NCBI RefSeq assembly: GCF_011745625.1
Contig: NW_027191470.1
Location: 1 to 64,000 of the forward strand
Direction: 5' to 3'
From: Cladosporium halotolerans
Taxonomy: Eukaryota
DNA length: 64,000 bases
Shown here: positions 59,405 through 64,000 of the stretch, in pieces
Numbering within the stretch: the first letter of the stretch is position 1
Layout of the letters: each line of letters begins with the position of its first letter
Notes under the pieces: model-generated
Databases searched by the model: none
Told to the model about the DNA's origin: nothing
What the model saw: the letters and a program-made list of their open reading frames with translations, nothing else
Translations under genes and position numbers: made by a program

Positions 59405-60223
59405 ATGAATGGCGAAAAGAAAAATAACATCACAACACTGTATCCAACTCAATATCTCGAAGCGCCTGGGCAAAAAGAAAACGGCCGGCCCCAAGACGTA
59501 TCACGCGACGACATCGCTCTGATCATCCTCAACTCTCCCATCTCGGACTTCACCTACTTCCACCGCCTGTATAACCATGCCTCGTATACTCTCTGCGCCG
59601 ACGCCGGAGCCGACCGCCTCTACAATCTCCTAACAAGCACATACTCCGATCTCGCCTGGGACACAGCCCTCCGCAAAGCCCTCCCAGACGCCATCCACGG
59701 CGACCTGGACTCCCTGACCTCGCACACGCGCTCCTGCTTCTCTCAACTCGGCGTCAAAATCACCCGCGACCCCGACCAATACAGCACAGACTTCGGCAAA
59801 GCGATCAAAACCGTCCTCGCCTCCCGGCCCACGGCCCGCGACATCCTCGTCCTAGGCAGCGTCGGCGGGCGCGTGGACCAAGGCATCGGCCTCCTGCACG
59901 AGCTGTACCGCGAGCAAGCGCTGCGGCACCCGGGCGTGCGGTTCTGGCTGTTCAGCGAAGCGAGCGTGAGCGTCGTCTTAGGCCCTGGGAAAACTGTGCT
60001 GCAGACGCCTGTGGACGGGGGGCTGATCACGCAGAATGTGGGGATTTTGCCGGTGTATGGGCCGGCGGTGATTAGTACGAAGGGGCTGGAGTGGGATGTT
60101 GAGGGGTGGCGGACGGAGATGGGCGGGCAGGTGAGTTCGAGTAATCATATTGTTGCGGAGAGGATTGAGATTGAGACGGATCGGGAGGTGTTGTTCACGG
60201 TTGAGAGAGCGGTGGGTAGGTGA
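59405..60223 (+). CDS. THI80: Thiamine pyrophosphokinase
   Basis: ALIILN, CADAGADRL, HGDLDSL, DQYSTDFGK, GGRVDQ, TKGLEWDV and VSSSN. Confidence 0.93.
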   Translation: MNGEKKNNITTLYPTQYLEAPGQKENGRPQDVSRDDIALIILNSPISDFTYFHRLYNHASYTLCADAGADRLYNLLTSTYSDLAWDTALRKALPDAIHGDLDSLTSHTRSCFSQLGVKITRDPDQYSTDFGKAIKTVLASRPTARDILVLGSVGGRVDQGIGLLHELYREQALRHPGVRFWLFSEASVSVVLGPGKTVLQTPVDGGLITQNVGILPVYGPAVISTKGLEWDVEGWRTEMGGQVSSSNHIVAERIEIETDREVLFTVERAVGR

Positions 60224-61667
60224 ACGATGAGGTCTGGTTGATTGGGTTGGATCTGCTTTGGCTGCCTAGGTTCTATGCGGTCCTATGGGCGACCAAGCGT
60301 CTGGCCGTATGGAAGAAGCACTTGGAGGGCCTCCGGAATGGAATTGGATCGACCAGTTGGAGGGCTTGATGTCGTCTGAAATAGATCTGGACCGAAGCAG
60401 GAGGTGGTCTCCATGACAGCTGGGAGAGAGATCTGAAACCCACCAAAAAAGCAACCTGTGTTGGTCACAGAAAGGGCTTATTCCGAGTCTTCTCTTCAAC
60501 CTCTGCGAAGGTAGCGGTGTATGCCCGACATGATCTCTGCTGCAGCGTACTGGAGAGCCTTTGTACGACAAATCGGGGAGTGGAGAGATGCGGTGGTATT
60601 TAGGACGATGTTCTCACAAACCACACGTGTTTGTTTCGCCCGACACGATGACATGTGACTACGTTGACCGCATGTAAACAAATACTTCCAAGCAAGCTTG
60701 ATCTTCCTTAAAGCGCCACCTGACAGAAAAGCCTGTTTCAGCCAGCCGGCTTTTTAATCCTGCGCCACGCCTTGGAATACGCTGTGCCACGAGCCTTGCC
60801 TTGTGACCGCGCGTGCCGACTTTGCCCTCTGCGCCCACCCGGTCGTGGCATCTGCGTGGATCTCACGCGCCGCCTTTGGGACGTCATAGCGGCGGCAGTT
60901 CGAGTCCAGCACGCCGTGAGGATCTTGCATTGAGCACTGTAGGAGGTGGGAAGCAACACGCTCATGGTGAGGAAAAATCACCGTCAGGTTTTAATATGCA
61001 TCACAATTGCGAATGGCACTTGTCGCTCTATACGCATGGAGGCAAAATGTATTACCTCTTCTTTAGCCAGGGCAGGGTAAGGCACGCGCGAGTGAGGTCG
61101 GATGGCGCCAAGCCAAGACCAACGATCCCCGCGGTCGCGGCTGGCCCTGAGCCCCCCTCATACAATTCCACTCGCTCGACCCGCCGGCGTGCGACCGAAG
61201 GACCGCCAGCTGCCACTACCGCCGCCGCCCTGCGCTGCCACGACTCTTGCTGTGAGCCGCCGCCCTTCGCCCACCTCCTACGCACGCTCTCTCACACCCC
61301 GGAGCAGTCGCATACACCTCACCTCGCCCGTCCGGTGTTCGCACGCTTCGCCACCTCCGCCACGCACCCGGCGTTCGCGCCATGGAAGAGCACTAACGAG
61401 CGCCCCCACCAAAGCAGTACAGCGCCTAAGGATTTGTTTGATATCTGCCTCCGGCATTCGCAAAAAAGTCAGTCAATGCAGGACAACGCCGACGCCACGC
61501 TGCGTCGCACACCATCGTAGTCGATCTTGCTGACTCTCTGGTGACTCTTTATCAGATTTTCATATTCGCCAACTGCATATTCCTTATCCTCTCAACGAGC
61601 GATTCGTCCCATCTCCAACCCCTCACCCTACCAGACCGACTACTTGCACTCGCCGCAGAAACCCACG

Positions 61668-64000
61668 ATGGACTGGTCTCCGCAACAAGACCAGATCGGC
61701 CAGCTGGCGCAATGTCTCCGCGACTCGCTTAGCGGCCACGACGTAAAAGCACAGCGAAACGCAGAGCAGATGCTCAAGCAAGCTAAGGCTTCGCCGGACA
61801 TCAACAACTACCTCGCGTGGATTACAACAAACGAAACGGCCAATGTTGGTCTATCGGAAGAGAACTTCTTCTCCGCGCGCTGTGCCGCTGCCATCATGCT
61901 CAAGAACAACGTCAAAGCCTCGTACAAATCGATACCCGACCCTAGCAAAGAGTACGTGCGGTCTACGATTCTTCTTGGCCTTCGCGACCCAAAGCAGCAA
62001 ATCCGCAATTTCTCCGGAAGCGTAATCACCGAGATCGTTCGCGCGGGTGGCATTCTAGGATGGCCCAAGGTGTTGCCCGAACTCATATCGATGATTGGGA
62101 ACGAGAGCGGACAAATGACATCGGAGGCGCAAGATGGCGCAATGGGCGCACTGTTCAAGATATGCGAGGACAACCGCCGCGCGCTCGACAGGGAATACCA
62201 GAAGGAGCGACCTTTGGGCTTTTTGCTCCCCAAGCTCCTCGATTTCGCGGCCAACTCGAACCCTAAGATTCGTTCCAAATCCCTCGCCGCCGTCAATGTC
62301 TTCTTGAATGAGCCCATTGCACACACTTGCCGTGAGAACATCGATGTCATCCTGGGTCGTCTGGTTCAACTCACCTCCGATACCGACGATGACGTGCGCC
62401 GCTACGTATGCCGTGCGTTTGCCCTGCTAGCCGACGGCATGCCAGAACTCCTTAAACCCCACGTTCAGGGCATCGTCGAATACACCCTGTCGCAGCAGAA
62501 AAACAATCAGAACGCCGAGCTTGCACTTGACGCCGCAGAATTCTTTTTTGAAGCCAGCAACACGCCGACTCTCCGGGAGGCTCTTGGCCCGTTCCTGCCT
62601 CAGGTTGTGCCTGTACTCCTTGATAGCATGGTTTACAGCGAAGACGATCAACTCAGGCTTGAGGGAGACGATGATGATGCTGATGTCGAGGACGAAGCCA
62701 AAGACATCAAGCCAGTGTTCGCCGATGCAAAGCAAAAGGGATCGACTGCAGTCAGTGGCACTTCGACGCCGCAGGGTAATGGTCAGGCTCAAAAGTCGGT
62801 CAATGGTTATGCTTACGAGGATGACGACTTGAGCGAAGGCGAGATCGACGAGGACGAGGACTATGGTGTCGATCCTGAAGATGAGTGGAATCTGCGCAAG
62901 TGCTCGGCTGCATCTCTGGACGCGATCGCCACCCACTACGGAGCCCCCGTGTTTGAGGTCACATTACCCTGGCTCATGGACAACCTTCAACACCAAGATT
63001 GGCCCAACCGAGAGGCTGCAGTCCTTGCTCTTGGTGCTATCGGACCTGGATGTATCGATGCTATTCAGCAACATCTTCCGAAGCTGGTTCCTTACATGAT
63101 CACGCTACTCAACGACGAACAGCCGGTCGTGAGACAGATTACTTGTTGGGCACTCAGTCGCTTTGCGGGATGGGCTGCTGCGCTTGACGAAGACCGCAAG
63201 CGTGAATTCTTCGAGCCCATGATGGATGGCATTCTTCAGCGCATGCTGGACCAGAACAAGAAAGTGCAAGAGTCGGCAGCATCCGCGTTTGCAACCCTTG
63301 AAGAGGCAGCGAGCGATCAGCTTATCCCTTATTGCGCCGTCATCGTTCAGCAATTCGTTCGCTGTTTTGATCGCTACAAGGACAAGAACATGTTTATCTT
63401 GTATGACTGTGTACAGACTCTTGCAGAACACGCTGGTCCGGCTCTTGCTCACCAGCCGCTCGTGGATCTCCTCATGCCTGCGCTCATTACTCGTTGGACC
63501 AAGGTTCAGGATCAATCTAGAGAGATGTTCCCTTTGCTGGAGTGCCTGTCGTACGTCGCTACTGCTCTGGGTGAAGGTATCACTCCTTTTTCGAAACCCT
63601 TTTTCGAGCGTTGCATTCGCATCATGCACCAAAACCTCGAAGAAGGTTTCCACGCACAGTCAGACCCTGTCTTCGATCAGCCCGACAAGGACTTCCTGGT
63701 TACGAGCCTCGACCTTCTCAGCGCCATCATCCAAAGCGTCAACGAGCAAACCATCAACATGCTAGTCACCGGCGCACAGCCGAACATGTTCGAACTCCTC
63801 GCATACTGCATGAAAGACACCAACAACGACGTCCGCCAGTCCGCCTACGCCCTGCTCGGCGACTGCGCCATCTACATCTTCAGCCAGCTCCAGCAATACC
63901 TCCCCACCATCATGGAGCTCGTAATCACCCAGCTCGACCTCTCCTCAGCCAACGCCGATCCCGAAACAGGCTTCCGCGTGATTAACAACGCCTGCTGGTC
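61668..64000 (+). CDS. KAP104: Importin beta-2 / transportin (Kap104), truncated at window end
   Basis: Open frame from MDWSPQQDQIGQL with AAIMLKN, acidic loop DEAKDIKP, WNLRKCSAASLD, NKKVQESAASAFA, FPLLECLS, PDKDFL and VRQSAYALLGD. There is no stop in the window, so it is missing from the ORF track. Confidence 0.93.
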   Translation, partial: MDWSPQQDQIGQLAQCLRDSLSGHDVKAQRNAEQMLKQAKASPDINNYLAWITTNETANVGLSEENFFSARCAAAIMLKNNVKASYKSIPDPSKEYVRSTILLGLRDPKQQIRNFSGSVITEIVRAGGILGWPKVLPELISMIGNESGQMTSEAQDGAMGALFKICEDNRRALDREYQKERPLGFLLPKLLDFAANSNPKIRSKSLAAVNVFLNEPIAHTCRENIDVILGRLVQLTSDTDDDVRRYVCRAFALLADGMPELLKPHVQGIVEYTLSQQKNNQNAELALDAAEFFFEASNTPTLREALGPFLPQVVPVLLDSMVYSEDDQLRLEGDDDDADVEDEAKDIKPVFADAKQKGSTAVSGTSTPQGNGQAQKSVNGYAYEDDDLSEGEIDEDEDYGVDPEDEWNLRKCSAASLDAIATHYGAPVFEVTLPWLMDNLQHQDWPNREAAVLALGAIGPGCIDAIQQHLPKLVPYMITLLNDEQPVVRQITCWALSRFAGWAAALDEDRKREFFEPMMDGILQRMLDQNKKVQESAASAFATLEEAASDQLIPYCAVIVQQFVRCFDRYKDKNMFILYDCVQTLAEHAGPALAHQPLVDLLMPALITRWTKVQDQSREMFPLLECLSYVATALGEGITPFSKPFFERCIRIMHQNLEEGFHAQSDPVFDQPDKDFLVTSLDLLSAIIQSVNEQTINMLVTGAQPNMFELLAYCMKDTNNDVRQSAYALLGDCAIYIFSQLQQYLPTIMELVITQLDLSSANADPETGFRVINNACW

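Noticed and set aside
61549..61557. TTATCAGAT (SreA-like box) upstream of KAP104
   Set aside because: Single copy that overlaps a probable 5' UTR intron acceptor (CTGAC...CAG), and the gene is unrelated to iron.

Overview
Eukaryotic, filamentous ascomycete DNA with short GT-AG introns and CTRAC branch points; the gene content suggests a Dothideomycete, which is my inference. The first ~12 kb looks accessory. It holds a possible DNA-transposon end, a Fet3/FetC ferroxidase and Ftr1/FtrA permease pair in tandem with SreA-type ATCWGATAA boxes, a convergent protoglobin/fungoglobin-like gene, and two tandem F-box-like paralogues. The rest is mostly housekeeping genes: CTF18, La, an Atos/DUF4210 protein, a Fyv7-like protein, ACH1-MDH1-carnitine acetyltransferase, a chitin synthase, FIS1, SPC24, PTEN/TEP1, Cullin-1, SPF1, SSH4, MIA40, THI80 and a truncated transportin/KAP104. 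The most striking observation is at 38960-39150. It is a tRNA-Ser(GCU) gene whose cloverleaf only appears after removing two 55-nt introns with spliceosomal signals (GTAAG...branch...CAG), one in the D-stem/A-box and one in the variable arm, and it has no canonical 37/38 intron. A long RNA-like hairpin follows it. All calls come from reading the sequence and recognising motifs; no database searches were run.
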